Assembly: GCA_002780065.1 (NCBI GenBank) | Contig: PEWQ01000075.1 | Location: 1 to 47,261 of the forward strand | Direction: 5' to 3' | DNA from: Candidatus Hydrogenedentes bacterium CG07_land_8_20_14_0_80_42_17 | GTDB taxonomy: Bacteria; UBA8481 | DNA length: 47,261 nt | In this document: piece by piece, positions 1 through 9,891 of the stretch | Layout: every line of letters begins with the position of its first letter | How positions within the stretch are numbered: the stretch's first letter is position 1 | The notes under the pieces: generated by a model | Told to the model about the DNA's origin: nothing | Database searches by the model: none | Seen by the model: the letters and a program-made list of their open reading frames with translations, nothing else | Position numbers and translations under genes: made by a program

Positions 1-138
1 AACAAGATGCGATGGTGGCATCGTAATAAAAGCAAAAGTCGCGCCCCGTGCGGGGCGCGTGGATTGAAACAGCGCCAGCCGTTTGCCTTCGAAAGTAGGA
101 ACATTGTCGCGCCCCGTGCGGGGCGCGTGGATTGGCAT
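1..138 (+). CRISPR. Trailer end of a type I-C-like CRISPR array, truncated by the window start
   Basis: 33-nt repeat GTCGCGCCCCGTGCGGGGCGCGTGGATTGAAAC at 38-70. Second copy at 106-138 is identical for 29 nt then degenerate (GCAT instead of AAAC). AAC at 1-3 fits the end of a previous repeat. Spacers are 34 nt (4-37) and 35 nt (71-105). Internal hairpin plus ATTGAAAC end is typical of I-C. Confidence 0.9.
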
Positions 139-226
139 GCTTATCCAGCACGCACGAGGGAAGCCATTGCGCTGTAGCAAAAGATTTAGGAAAACTCTAG
201 TAATGAAAAAATTATTGATAGTAGTC

Positions 227-257
227 TTGACAAGTTATGCTTGAAAGCTATTATAAT
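227..257 (+). promoter_or_regulatory. Putative sigma70 promoter of rho
   Basis: TTGACA at 227-232; TATTAT at 249-254 (16-nt spacer) or TATAAT at 252-257 (19-nt spacer). Confidence 0.5.
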
Positions 258-385
258 CTTTAATCTGAGTTATTTCCCGCAAACTTTTGAATGTCTAAGA
301 TTAAAAGGAGCCGTACACAAAACTCTGAATTTAATTAGTGTTTCTAAATTTGCAATCTTGAATTTTTATATTGGAGAAGAAAAAC

Positions 386-1843
386 ATGCCTAGGAGAAAG
401 ACACCAAAGTCGGTGAAGGAAAAAGAAAAGTTGGAGAACCGCGCTGCTCCTGTCGAAGAAGAAAAAAAAGAGGTCGTAGCCGCTACGATTCCTGAAGTCT
501 TAGAACTCTCGACAGAACAGATAGTTAAAGAAGATGCCGCTGAGCCAAAACAGGTTGAGTCAGCAATCAATAAAGTTGAGCAGGCAGAGCTTGACGTTGC
601 AGGGCTTCAAAAGAATTCGATTGTCGAACTGACAAAGATGGCGAAGTCACTAAATGTCGAGAACGCTACGGGAATGAAGAAACAGGATCTTATCTTTGCG
701 ATTCTTGAGGCTCAGGCCAAAAAAACAGGTAACGTATTTGCCGCCGGCGTTCTAGAGATATTGCCTGACGGATTCGGCTTTATGCGCTCTCCGGATTACA
801 ATTATTTATCGAGTCCAGATGATATCTATGTTTCTCCGTCGCAGATTCGTAGATTCGGTTTACGAAAAGGTGATACTATATCCGGTCAAGTTCGCCAGCC
901 GAAGGAAGGCGAAAAGTTTTTCGCATTATTGCGCGTCGAGGCGATAAATCATCAGGACGCCGAGCAGGCTCAGGAGCGAATTCTTTTCGACAATCTTACT
1001 CCGCTTTATCCTACTAAACGCTATAAGCTGGAACTCAAGGGACAGAAAGATCTCTCAATGCGAATTATCGATTTGCTTTCGCCTATAGGCAAAGGACAGC
1101 GCGCTTTGATAACCTCTCCGCCAAAGGCAGGTAAGACGATTGTCCTTCAGCAGATTGCGAATGCTATCGCCGCAAATCATTCTGAAGCAACAATTATTGT
1201 TTTATTGATCGACGAGCGTCCGGAAGAGGTTACGGATATGCTGAGAAGCGTCAACGCCGAAGTTGTCGCATCTACGTTTGATGAACCGGCTCAAAGACAT
1301 GTTCAAGTTGCTGAGATGGTGATAGAGAAAGCGAAGAGATTGACCGAGACAAAGAAGGATGTAGTTATTCTTTTGGATTCTATTACGCGTCTTGCGCGCG
1401 CTTACAATCAAGTGGTGCCGGCCTCCGGAAAGGTGCTTTCAGGCGGCGTGGATTCGAATGCGCTTCATAGGCCGAAACGTTTCTTTGGAGCCGCGCGAAA
1501 CATCGAGGAAGGCGGTTCTTTGACAATAATTGCAACTGCGTTGATTGAGACCGGCAGTAGAATGGACGAAGTAATATTTGAAGAGTTTAAGGGGACAGGC
1601 AATTCCGAAATTATTTTGGATAGAAAGCTTGCGGAACGAAGAATTTATCCTGCTATCGATATAAATCGTTCAGGCACTCGTCGAGAAGAACTTCTTCTTG
1701 AGCCTGATGACTTAACTAAGACTTGGGCATTACGCAAGGTTCTTGCTCCGCTAACAGTAGTCGAGGCAATGGAGCTTTTGCAGGAGAAGATGGTTCAGAC
1801 CGAATCGAATGAAGAATTTTTATCTGCGATGTCGAGATTGTAA
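386..1843 (+). CDS. rho: Transcription termination factor Rho with charged N-terminal extension
   Basis: [53 protein letters not shown] motifs. ATG 386 follows GGAG (ORF track starts at TTG 371). Confidence 0.97.
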   Translation: MPRRKTPKSVKEKEKLENRAAPVEEEKKEVVAATIPEVLELSTEQIVKEDAAEPKQVESAINKVEQAELDVAGLQKNSIVELTKMAKSLNVENATGMKKQDLIFAILEAQAKKTGNVFAAGVLEILPDGFGFMRSPDYNYLSSPDDIYVSPSQIRRFGLRKGDTISGQVRQPKEGEKFFALLRVEAINHQDAEQAQERILFDNLTPLYPTKRYKLELKGQKDLSMRIIDLLSPIGKGQRALITSPPKAGKTIVLQQIANAIAANHSEATIIVLLIDERPEEVTDMLRSVNAEVVASTFDEPAQRHVQVAEMVIEKAKRLTETKKDVVILLDSITRLARAYNQVVPASGKVLSGGVDSNALHRPKRFFGAARNIEEGGSLTIIATALIETGSRMDEVIFEEFKGTGNSEIILDRKLAERRIYPAIDINRSGTRREELLLEPDDLTKTWALRKVLAPLTVVEAMELLQEKMVQTESNEEFLSAMSRL

Positions 1844-1870
1844 GGAATTGGAATTAGGTGTTGTGTCCCT

Positions 1871-3118
1871 CTAATTCGCTTCTTTTAAAAATATTTTTTT
1901 TAGGTCAGTGTCTTTACTGAGCTCTGCAGCTATACGAAAATGCTTTTTAGCGGTTCTCTTGTCACCTAAAGCAGAATATGACTTTGCAATGTGATATTCG
2001 ACAAGAGCTTCGCTCTGCCATATATCCTTGATCTTTTCGAGTATCTTAATCGATTCTCCAATTCGACCGTTATTTCTTAAAAGAATAGAATAATTCAGAG
2101 CGGCGATCGGAGAAGCTCCGCTAGCAATTTCTAGAATTTCTTTTGCCTCTTCGAACCTTCCTACATCCGCTAATGCGGCTGATTTGATTAGCATCAAATC
2201 GATAGAGCTTTTTTTTGAAGAGTCAATAAGCTCTATTGCTTTAGACGGATTCCCGAGCCGCCTTTCAGCTAGAGCTAGATTGAAGAGAACAATGTCGAAT
2301 TCTTTCTTTGCAAGCGGATTTTTTTCATCTTCTAATACAGGCCGCAAAACTTCTGCCGCTTCTTCATACAGACCTATCGAGAGTAAAGCCGTTCCATACG
2401 CCGACATCAGTTGAATACGGTCTTTTCCATGCGGCGCAGTTTTTTCAAAAGGTTTTAAGATTGCCGCCGCTTCACCGAAATTACCCGCATGCCATAGCGC
2501 TTTAGCTAAATTCATATTATTGCCCAGTGCGAATGGCGAGAGCGTAACTGTCTTACGAAAACAAAAGATTGCCGATTCATTTCTGCTTTCTTTAAAATAT
2601 CTTTTTCCGAGTGCTAGATATTTTTCTTCTTCTGAAAATTGATTGTTGCCTGTATCAGAAAAGTTTTCAAACGGCCATTGAGGAGCAGGCTCTAGCATGC
2701 CTTCCGGAGCATGAAAAACTATTTTTCCCTTAATGCCTGCCGCTCCTTGTAAAAATTCTCCAGAGTCAGAAAAGGCGCATTCAATACGCACTTTTTCTAA
2801 AGTATTGCCTGGTGTGAGAATTAAAGTTGAGCCTTGCCTTATCTTTACTCCCGGATCGAGTCTTACCTTTATCATTACGCCTTCCTCTACAGGCTCCAGC
2901 TCGATTACTTCACCGACCTTTGAAGCCAGCGGAGCGTTGCTTTGAAGAACAGACTGTCCTAAAGAAATGCCGAACGCAGACGGAACTCTTGAGTAAATTT
3001 CGGTTCTATTTAGCCACGGCAGTCTTGATTTTAAGTTTGGTATAAATTGATAAGCGGAATATAAAATCGCCAGGCAAATGAGAATTGCAATTATGATTTT
3101 GTCTATGCGTGAACTCAT
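1871..3118 (-). CDS. Membrane-anchored MCE/MlaD-like domain plus TPR protein
   Basis: N-terminal TM helix; AFGISLGQSV..KVGEVIEL..VMIKVRLDPGVKIRQGS resembles an MCE domain; C-terminal half has multiple TPR-like repeats. Confidence 0.65.
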   Translation of the reverse strand: MSSRIDKIIIAILICLAILYSAYQFIPNLKSRLPWLNRTEIYSRVPSAFGISLGQSVLQSNAPLASKVGEVIELEPVEEGVMIKVRLDPGVKIRQGSTLILTPGNTLEKVRIECAFSDSGEFLQGAAGIKGKIVFHAPEGMLEPAPQWPFENFSDTGNNQFSEEEKYLALGKRYFKESRNESAIFCFRKTVTLSPFALGNNMNLAKALWHAGNFGEAAAILKPFEKTAPHGKDRIQLMSAYGTALLSIGLYEEAAEVLRPVLEDEKNPLAKKEFDIVLFNLALAERRLGNPSKAIELIDSSKKSSIDLMLIKSAALADVGRFEEAKEILEIASGASPIAALNYSILLRNNGRIGESIKILEKIKDIWQSEALVEYHIAKSYSALGDKRTAKKHFRIAAELSKDTDLKKIFLKEAN

Positions 3119-3459
3119 TTGTCGGAAAGAGGAGTGTCAGGAAGATATTTAATCCATCTGAGTCCGTCTTCGTGAATTTCGATGGCAACTTTATTTCCAA
3201 TCTCAGGAATTTTGCCATGCTCGAATTTAGCCATTGCATTTATTCCTATGTCGAGTCCAACCATTGCCAATCCGTAAGGCTCGGTTTCGCCTGAAGGCGT
3301 CACATGAATTATTGTCCACGAAAGAACGACTCCTAACGGCGAGGTTGAAAAAGGCTGTAATAAATCATGGCATTTCGGACAATACGGGCGTTCGACGACT
3401 GTTCCGTATCCGCATCCGCATTTCCAAATCGGCAATAGAGGAATCAAAGATTTATTCAT
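3115..3459 (-). CDS. DUF35-family Zn-ribbon/OB-fold protein (thiolase partner)
   Basis: CGCG..RPYCPKC Zn ribbon followed by GVVLSWTIIH..PYGLAMVGLD OB fold; 4-nt overlap with the thiolase gene. Confidence 0.88.
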   Translation of the reverse strand: MNKSLIPLLPIWKCGCGYGTVVERPYCPKCHDLLQPFSTSPLGVVLSWTIIHVTPSGETEPYGLAMVGLDIGINAMAKFEHGKIPEIGNKVAIEIHEDGLRWIKYLPDTPLSDK

Positions 3460-4586
3460 CGAATCGCCTCCATTATGGTGACCAGATTGTTTGTTGCAAG
3501 TCCTCCGACAGATTGAGTTAATCCGTATCTGACGCCTTGAGGATGAGGATATTGAGCTTTTCCTGTAAGTTGAAGAACAATCTCCACGACTTGAGCCAAT
3601 CCGCTTGTTCCGACAGGATGCCCTCTAGCTTTCAATCCTCCGGATGCGTTTATTGGCAGTCTCCCGTCGTGCTGAGTGATTCCATCTATTAGAGCTCTTC
3701 TTCCTCCACCAGGCGGAAAAAGCCCGACATCTTCCGACCCAATAATTTCGAATGAAGTAAAGGCATCATGAATTTCCGCTGTGCCGATATCTGCCGGCGA
3801 AATTCCCGCCATTTTAAATGCTCGCTCTGCGGCAATGCGGGTGGAAGTGAAGTGAGTTAAATCAGAGCGCATCTGAACTGAAATAAGATCGGTTGCCTGT
3901 CCGAAGCCCGCTACTCGGATTGCAGATGGAGTATCGGTCAGTACAACTGCGGCCGCACCGTCGGAGATCGGGGAGCAATCGTAAAGACGAAGCGGATCGC
4001 AGATAAGTTTTGAAGACATTACATCTTCTATGGTTATCTCTTTTTGAAAATGAGCATAAGGATTTCTCGCTCCGTTCGCATGATTTTTTACAGCGACAAG
4101 AGCAAGTTCTCTGGAGGTCAAACCGTATTCGACCATATATCTTCTTGTCGATAGCGCGGCTAAAGCCGGCATTGTAGCGCCGTGTCTGCGTTCATCTCCG
4201 TCGATGACTTGTGAAAGAATATGAGTCGCTTTTGATGTTGGAACTCGAGTCATAACTTCTCCGGCAATTATCAATACGCGTCTGCAGTCTCCTGATGCAA
4301 CGGCATGGAAACCTGCCGTAAATAGAGCGGCGCCTGTCGATGAGGCAGATTCAACGCGCATTGCGGGCGCAGGAACGAGTCCGAGATAATCGGTAATTAC
4401 GGAAGCTAGATTGCTGGTACCGAGAAAACCTTCAGGATGCATCGCCCCAACATACACGGCATCGAAATCATCATATCCGGAATCAACTAGCGCAATACGT
4501 GCCGCCTCGAGAATCATATCTTCCAGCGAATCCTTACGCCGCCCGAACTTCGTCATTCCAATTCCTGCGATCCAAACATTCTTCAT
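3456..4586 (-). CDS. Thiolase-superfamily protein (SCP-x/archaeal type) lacking the nucleophilic Cys
   Basis: GIGMTKFG, KNHANGARNPYAHF, DCSPISDGAAA, EIHDAF, NASGGLKARGHPVG; VESASSTG replaces VExACASG. Confidence 0.9.
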   Translation of the reverse strand: MKNVWIAGIGMTKFGRRKDSLEDMILEAARIALVDSGYDDFDAVYVGAMHPEGFLGTSNLASVITDYLGLVPAPAMRVESASSTGAALFTAGFHAVASGDCRRVLIIAGEVMTRVPTSKATHILSQVIDGDERRHGATMPALAALSTRRYMVEYGLTSRELALVAVKNHANGARNPYAHFQKEITIEDVMSSKLICDPLRLYDCSPISDGAAAVVLTDTPSAIRVAGFGQATDLISVQMRSDLTHFTSTRIAAERAFKMAGISPADIGTAEIHDAFTSFEIIGSEDVGLFPPGGGRRALIDGITQHDGRLPINASGGLKARGHPVGTSGLAQVVEIVLQLTGKAQYPHPQGVRYGLTQSVGGLATNNLVTIMEAIR

Positions 4587-4718
4587 ATAAAGAGGCTAAG
4601 GAGTAATATGGTTGTAGTCAAGAGAGTAAGTGCTTTCACTACCTCTTTCCTTTACAAAAGCGCACAAACATTTCGCTTTGACTGAGATTGAGTTTAATAC
4701 GATTTTATTTTGGTTAGT

Positions 4719-4744
4719 TGCGAAAAAGTCTTGACTTTTTCGCA
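4719..4744. promoter_or_regulatory. Perfect 12-bp inverted repeat overlapping a -35 box (candidate operator)
   Basis: TGCGAAAAAGTC-TT-GACTTTTTCGCA; TTGACT at 4731-4736 lies inside it. Confidence 0.65.
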
Positions 4745-4764
4745 TTAGAGTGTGGAATAGTCTC

Positions 4765-5988
4765 ATGATAAAAAGGTCGATGTATCTTAATATGTGGCAG
4801 GATTTGTCATCTGAAAAAAAAATGATATTTCTCTCCGGACCCAGGCAAGTAGGTAAGACAACCTTTGCGCAGAAAATAGCCGAAGGGTTTAAAAATAACC
4901 TGTATTTTAATTGGGATATTATTAGCCAAAAAAGATTATTGATACAAGAACCTACATTTTTCGAGAATATTAATCGCAAAGACGAATCAATACCTTTGGT
5001 GATTTTTGATGAAATGCACAAGTATAGTAAATGGAAAAATTATCTAAAAGGAATATATGATGAATTTGCCGGTGATTATAAATTTCTTGTTTCAGGTAGC
5101 GGACGATTTGATTTGTATAAAAAAGGTGGTGATTCTTTAGCCGGCAGATATTTCCAGTTACACCTATTTCCTCTAACTGTAGCTGAATTATCGAATAAAA
5201 GAAAAAGTTTTAAAGATTTTGCAGTATCTCCTCTTACCAATTTTGATTTTACGAATTTAAAAATAACATCTAAGATCTGGCAAACTCTTTTTAATGTGGG
5301 TGGATTCCCTGAACCTTATGTAAATGGAAAAAAGACATTTTTCAATAAATGGACGGCAAATTATACATCTCAAATTGTCAGGGAAGACATAAAAAGTATT
5401 TCTGATATAAAAAATACCGACTATATCGAGATTTTATTTTCTCTGTTGCCTAAAAGGGTGGGTAGCCCCATTTCAATGAATAATATCGCCGAAGAATTAC
5501 AGGTTAGCTTTGGCAGTATAAAAGAGTGGTTAAAATTATTAGAGATATTCTATCTTGTATTTAGGATAGGCCCCTGGACAAAAAAAATATCACGAAGTAT
5601 TTTAAAAGAAAAAAAGTTATACCTTTACAATTATCCTGAAATTTCAGATGAAAGCTACAGATTTGAAAATATGGTGGCAGTTGAACTCTTGAGAGCTGTT
5701 TACAACTGGAACGAATACGGTTATGGGAGATTTACATTGCATTATTTACGCAATAAAGAAAAAGAAGAGGTCGATTTTTTAATATGCGAAAATAATAACC
5801 CGAAAATACTTATTGAAACTAAATTTTCAGACGATGCACCATCAAAGAATTTAATTTATTTTCAAAAAAAGTTAAATATTCCGGCTATTCAGCTTGTAAA
5901 TAAGGAAAATGTATTTAAATATTTAAAAAATGAACAAAATAAAATTTTAATCATTACAGCTCATATATGGCTATCGACTCTTCCTTAA
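4765..5988 (+). CDS. AAA_14 ATPase with wHTH and DUF4143 (PD-(D/E)xK-like) C-terminus
   Basis: GPRQVGKT Walker A, IFDEMHK Walker B, SGS, GGFPE, FENMV, EVDFL..IETK; visibly AT-richer than flanks. ATG 4765 chosen over GTG 4750. Confidence 0.9.
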   Translation: MIKRSMYLNMWQDLSSEKKMIFLSGPRQVGKTTFAQKIAEGFKNNLYFNWDIISQKRLLIQEPTFFENINRKDESIPLVIFDEMHKYSKWKNYLKGIYDEFAGDYKFLVSGSGRFDLYKKGGDSLAGRYFQLHLFPLTVAELSNKRKSFKDFAVSPLTNFDFTNLKITSKIWQTLFNVGGFPEPYVNGKKTFFNKWTANYTSQIVREDIKSISDIKNTDYIEILFSLLPKRVGSPISMNNIAEELQVSFGSIKEWLKLLEIFYLVFRIGPWTKKISRSILKEKKLYLYNYPEISDESYRFENMVAVELLRAVYNWNEYGYGRFTLHYLRNKEKEEVDFLICENNNPKILIETKFSDDAPSKNLIYFQKKLNIPAIQLVNKENVFKYLKNEQNKILIITAHIWLSTLP

Positions 5989-6070
5989 TAAATCACGAGA
6001 TTTTTGGGAGTCTCCGGAAATCTTTTCTGTTGACAGTTAGAGTAACTATAATATTATTCAATTACTAAAT

Positions 6071-6150
6071 CGCACACTCGCTGAGCATAGCCGTTCTCCG
6101 CATAAACGGAGGATTGCGAGTGGAGGAAAAAACGGAGGAAAGTTAAGATT
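6071..6150 (+). promoter_or_regulatory. rpsB leader (putative S2 autoregulatory RNA element)
   Basis: CGCACACTCGC...GCGAGTGGAGG long stem with the CACAC/GTGGAGG pattern of rpsB leaders; TTGACA at 6030 upstream. Confidence 0.55.
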
Positions 6151-7032
6151 ATGGCAATACCTACCATGAAACAGCTTCTTGAAGCTGGAGTTCATTTCGG
6201 TCATCAGACTCGGCGTTGGGATCCTCGCATGAAACCCTATATCTTTACAGAAAGAAATGGGATTCATATCATCGATCTTCAGCAGACAATGAAAGCCATC
6301 AAGGTTGTTCACAATGCTGTGAAGACCATGGCGGAAGCAGGCAAAACGGTTCTTTTTGTAGGAACCAAAAAACAGGCTCAGGAGACTATTGCCGAAGACG
6401 CAACCCGCTGTGACATGTTCTATGTGAACCAGCGATGGCTTGGAGGAACTCTCACAAATTTCCAAACAATTAAAAAGTCGATTATTAAACTTCAGCAATA
6501 TGAGAAAGCAAAAGAAGACGGTCATATGGCGCTGTATCCGCGCAAGGAACAAGCTCGAATAGAAAAGTCTATTCTGAATTACAACCGGTCGCTTGGCGGA
6601 ATCAAGAAGATGAAAGGAATTCCGGGCATCGTTTTTATTGTCGATCCAAAGCGCGAAGAGTTGGCAGTAAAGGAAGCTTTGGGATTGAAGATACCGATTA
6701 TTGCTTTAGCTGATACAAACTGCAATCCTGATAATATTGATTACGTGATACCGGGTAATGATGATGCGATACGCGCAATATCTTTGGTAACAGGAGTTGT
6801 TGCAGATGCTGTTATTCTTGGCAGAGCTTCGGCTCAGCAGGCAGGTTCGGCTCCGGAATTAATTCCAGAGGATTCTGAAGAACCGTTTATGCCTACGGAA
6901 GAAGAGCTTGAACCTTTTGAAAGTTTTGAAGATGAGTTTCAGGCTGAACCGGTTACGGAAGATGTTTTAAAGAAGAAAAAGATTAAAACAAAGGAAGAAG
7001 AGTTAGAGGAAGGATTGGAAGAAGAGATATGA
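6151..7032 (+). CDS. rpsB: 30S ribosomal protein S2 with acidic C-terminal tail
   Basis: LLEAGVHFGHQTRRWDPRM, RWLGGTLTN, PGNDDAIRAI. Confidence 0.98.
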   Translation: MAIPTMKQLLEAGVHFGHQTRRWDPRMKPYIFTERNGIHIIDLQQTMKAIKVVHNAVKTMAEAGKTVLFVGTKKQAQETIAEDATRCDMFYVNQRWLGGTLTNFQTIKKSIIKLQQYEKAKEDGHMALYPRKEQARIEKSILNYNRSLGGIKKMKGIPGIVFIVDPKREELAVKEALGLKIPIIALADTNCNPDNIDYVIPGNDDAIRAISLVTGVVADAVILGRASAQQAGSAPELIPEDSEEPFMPTEEELEPFESFEDEFQAEPVTEDVLKKKKIKTKEEELEEGLEEEI

Positions 7033-7655
7033 GTTATACGCCAACTGCTGATGAAGTTAAAAAATTAAGAGAAGAGACTCAGGCAGGAATGCTTGATTGT
7101 AAGAAAGCGATTCAAGATGCTAATGGAGATTTTGAGAAAGCAAAGGATATACTGCGCAAAAAAGGTCTAGCGTCGGTTTCGAAGCGTTCTGATAGAGTTG
7201 CGTCGAATGGAAGCATTGCTTCTTATGTTCACCACGGCGGAAGAATAGGAGTTTTGATTGAAGTACGATGCGAAACTGATTTCGTAGCTCGTACTGATGA
7301 ATTCCAGAAGATGGGAAAAACTCTTGCAATGCAGGTTGCAGTTTCTCGGCCGCGATATGTAAAACGCGAAGATGCGCCGGTCGAAATTGTCGAGCGAGAA
7401 AAGAAAATATATGCAGAGCAGGCTTCTGAAAGCGGAAAACCTCAGCAGGTTGTAGAAAAGATGGTTCAGGGAAAACTGGAAAAGTATTTCGCGGAAATAT
7501 GTCTGCTCGATCAGGAATTCATGATCGGCGAAGCTGTGAAGTCAACTGCAAAAACTGTTAATGATTATGTGATTGAGACTGCCGCAAAGCTCGGAGAAAA
7601 AGTTGATGTTATCAGATTCGTTCGAATGGAACTTGGCGAGAGTACGGGGAACTGA
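7029..7655 (+). CDS. tsf: Elongation factor Ts (short form)
   Basis: VKKLREETQAGMLDCKKA, CETDFVART; follows rpsB. Confidence 0.97.
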   Translation: MSYTPTADEVKKLREETQAGMLDCKKAIQDANGDFEKAKDILRKKGLASVSKRSDRVASNGSIASYVHHGGRIGVLIEVRCETDFVARTDEFQKMGKTLAMQVAVSRPRYVKREDAPVEIVEREKKIYAEQASESGKPQQVVEKMVQGKLEKYFAEICLLDQEFMIGEAVKSTAKTVNDYVIETAAKLGEKVDVIRFVRMELGESTGN

Positions 7656-7700
7656 GCGGTTTTTGCTCACGCGTCTCTTTTGAAAGAGAGGCAGAACGAA

Positions 7701-8447
7701 GTGAAGAGTAAGAGTAAAAGACAGGCAGGTTTGAGAAAAAAACCGGTCTATAAGCGAATTCTTCTAAAACTATCCGGAGAGGCATTACAGGGCGACCGTG
7801 AATATAACATCGATCCCGAAGTTGTCCGCTCTTTGGCGGAACAGCTTGCGGAGATATATGAATTCGGAATTGAGATTTCTGTTGTTGTCGGCGGCGGAAA
7901 TATTATGAGAGGAAAATCTGCGGCGGCTCTCGGAGTCGATCGAGTCACTGCTGATGCGATGGGAATGCTCGCAACGGTAATTAATGCGCTTGCTCTTCAG
8001 GATGCGCTCGAAAAGACCGGCGTTCCGACTCGAGTGCTTTCTGCAATTGAGATGAGGCAGATTGCCGAACCGTTTATCAAGAGAAGGGCAGTGCGGCATC
8101 TTGAAAAGGGCAGAGTGGTAATTTTTGCCGGAGGCACAGGCAACCCTTATTTCTCCACTGACACTGCGGCTGCGCTTAGAGCCAATGAGATTGGAGCCGA
8201 CGTTCTTTTGAAAGCAACCAAAGTCGACGGAATTTACGACAAAGACCCTGTCAAAGAAAAAGATGCCGTCCGGTTTGAAAAAATTTCATATCATGATATT
8301 TTGATAAAGAATCTTCAGGCGATGGATTCCACAGCTACTTCGCTTTGCAGAGAAACCAAACTGCCGATAGTAGTTTTTGATTCGACAAAGCGCGGGAATA
8401 TAAAGAAAGCCGTACTGGGCGGAAAAATTGGAACGAGGGTGGTGTGA
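7701..8447 (+). CDS. pyrH: UMP kinase
   Basis: [36 protein letters not shown]. Start uncertain (7680/7701/7731). Confidence 0.97.
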   Translation: MKSKSKRQAGLRKKPVYKRILLKLSGEALQGDREYNIDPEVVRSLAEQLAEIYEFGIEISVVVGGGNIMRGKSAAALGVDRVTADAMGMLATVINALALQDALEKTGVPTRVLSAIEMRQIAEPFIKRRAVRHLEKGRVVIFAGGTGNPYFSTDTAAALRANEIGADVLLKATKVDGIYDKDPVKEKDAVRFEKISYHDILIKNLQAMDSTATSLCRETKLPIVVFDSTKRGNIKKAVLGGKIGTRVV

Positions 8448-8448
8448 T

Positions 8449-9006
8449 ATGATTACTGAAGTGATGTCGGATGCGAAGAACCGCATGAATGGAGCGATTG
8501 AGGCATTCAAAAAGGAATTGCTCAGCATAAGAACCGGACGAGCTTCGGCTTCAATGCTGGATGATATTATGGTGGAGATGTATGGAAGCAATCTGCCGAT
8601 TAATCAGTTAGCAACTGTTTCGACTCCGGACCCGCGATTGATTGTTATTCAGCCGTGGGATAAATCATCGCTTTCTGCAATAGAGAAGGCGGTTCAAGCC
8701 GCAAACATCGGAATTACGCCTTCAAATGACGGCAAGGTAATAAGACTCCCGATCCCGTCATTGACTGAAGAACGCAGAAAACAGCTCGCGAAAGATGCAC
8801 ACAAGCGCGCCGAGGAATCGAGGATCAGTGTACGAAATGTTAGAAGAGATGCAAAGACGCTGATTGAAGATTTGGAGAAAGAGAGTGAGATATCCAAAGA
8901 TGATGCTCATCGTGCAACAGAAGAACTTCAAAAACTTACCGACTCTTTTATCTCAAAGATAGATGGTCTGACTGCCGCTAAAGAAAAAGAGATAATGGAG
9001 TTCTGA
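8449..9006 (+). CDS. frr: Ribosome recycling factor
   Basis: IRTGRAS, IQPWDKS, LTEERRK, RNVRRDA. Confidence 0.97.
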   Translation: MITEVMSDAKNRMNGAIEAFKKELLSIRTGRASASMLDDIMVEMYGSNLPINQLATVSTPDPRLIVIQPWDKSSLSAIEKAVQAANIGITPSNDGKVIRLPIPSLTEERRKQLAKDAHKRAEESRISVRNVRRDAKTLIEDLEKESEISKDDAHRATEELQKLTDSFISKIDGLTAAKEKEIMEF

Positions 9007-9806
9007 TGCCATCCGGGCAATCCCGGACGCTCTCTGATATTGTGTCCGTTGCAAAAGATAAGTATGAAGAGTCAGTGCTTAAACTGATTCAACCTAATCG
9101 TTTACCGCAACACATAGCGATAATTATGGACGGAAATGGTCGTTGGGCGCTTTCCAGACATATGCCGCGCATATTTGGGCATCGAGCCGGAATGGAGACT
9201 GTTCGCAGAACTCTTCAGGCCGCACGGGATATAGGAATCGAATTTGTGACTCTATACGCCTTCTCCGCTGAAAATTGGTCCAGGCCTAAACCGGAGATAT
9301 CTGCGTTGATGCATCTTCTCCAGGAATATTTGAGGAAAGAAGTTGATGAACTTGATTCTTCAAATGTAAAACTTTTGACTATCGGAAATATATCGAAGCT
9401 GCCTTCTTATGCTAAACGTGAACTCGACTGCGCGATAGAGCGGCTTTCAAAGAATGACGGTCAAAAGCTTGTTCTTGCTCTGAATTACGGCAGTAGAGAT
9501 GAAATTATCACGGTTGCTAAAAGAATCGGAACTATGGTTGCGAACGGCGAAATAAAACCTGACCGAATAAATTTTAAAACAATCGAAGATAATCTTTATA
9601 CAAAGGGAATACCGGATCCTGATCTCTTGATTAGAACTTCAGGCGAACTTCGCATCTCGAATTTCTTGCTCTGGCAGATGGCATACACCGAGTTTTATAT
9701 CACTGAAACATTATGGCCTGACTTCAGCCGTGTGGAATTTTTTAAAGCTGTTTTAGAATATCAGAAGCGTGATCGCAGATTCGGCTGTGTAAAAGCCAGT
9801 TCATGA
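9006..9806 (+). CDS. uppS: Undecaprenyl diphosphate synthase
   Basis: HIAIIMDGNGRWA, YAFSAENWSRP, PDLLIRTSGELRISNFLLWQ. Confidence 0.97.
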   Translation: MPSGQSRTLSDIVSVAKDKYEESVLKLIQPNRLPQHIAIIMDGNGRWALSRHMPRIFGHRAGMETVRRTLQAARDIGIEFVTLYAFSAENWSRPKPEISALMHLLQEYLRKEVDELDSSNVKLLTIGNISKLPSYAKRELDCAIERLSKNDGQKLVLALNYGSRDEIITVAKRIGTMVANGEIKPDRINFKTIEDNLYTKGIPDPDLLIRTSGELRISNFLLWQMAYTEFYITETLWPDFSRVEFFKAVLEYQKRDRRFGCVKASS

Positions 9807-9837
9807 TTTGTGACGTGTGATGCGCAGTTTGTTAACT

Positions 9838-9862
9838 GGCAGCCGCAGGCTTTGGTCTGCGT
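9838..9862 (+). repeat. REP-like palindrome, copy 1
   Basis: GGCAGCCGCAGGCTTTGGTCTGCGT; 22/25 identical to the reverse complement of 26569-26593. Confidence 0.7.
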
Positions 9863-9891
9863 GACAAGCGTGGTGTGTGATTGGTGCGAAG

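Noticed and set aside
139-226. Possible tracrRNA or leader after the CRISPR array
   Set aside because: No anti-repeat seen; the repeat is type I-like and this is the trailer side.
4596-5021. 141-aa minus-strand ORF
   Set aside because: Antisense shadow of the AAA ATPase and its promoter; no recognisable motifs.
6058-6552. 164-aa ORF antisense to rpsB
   Set aside because: Shadow ORF of a highly conserved gene.
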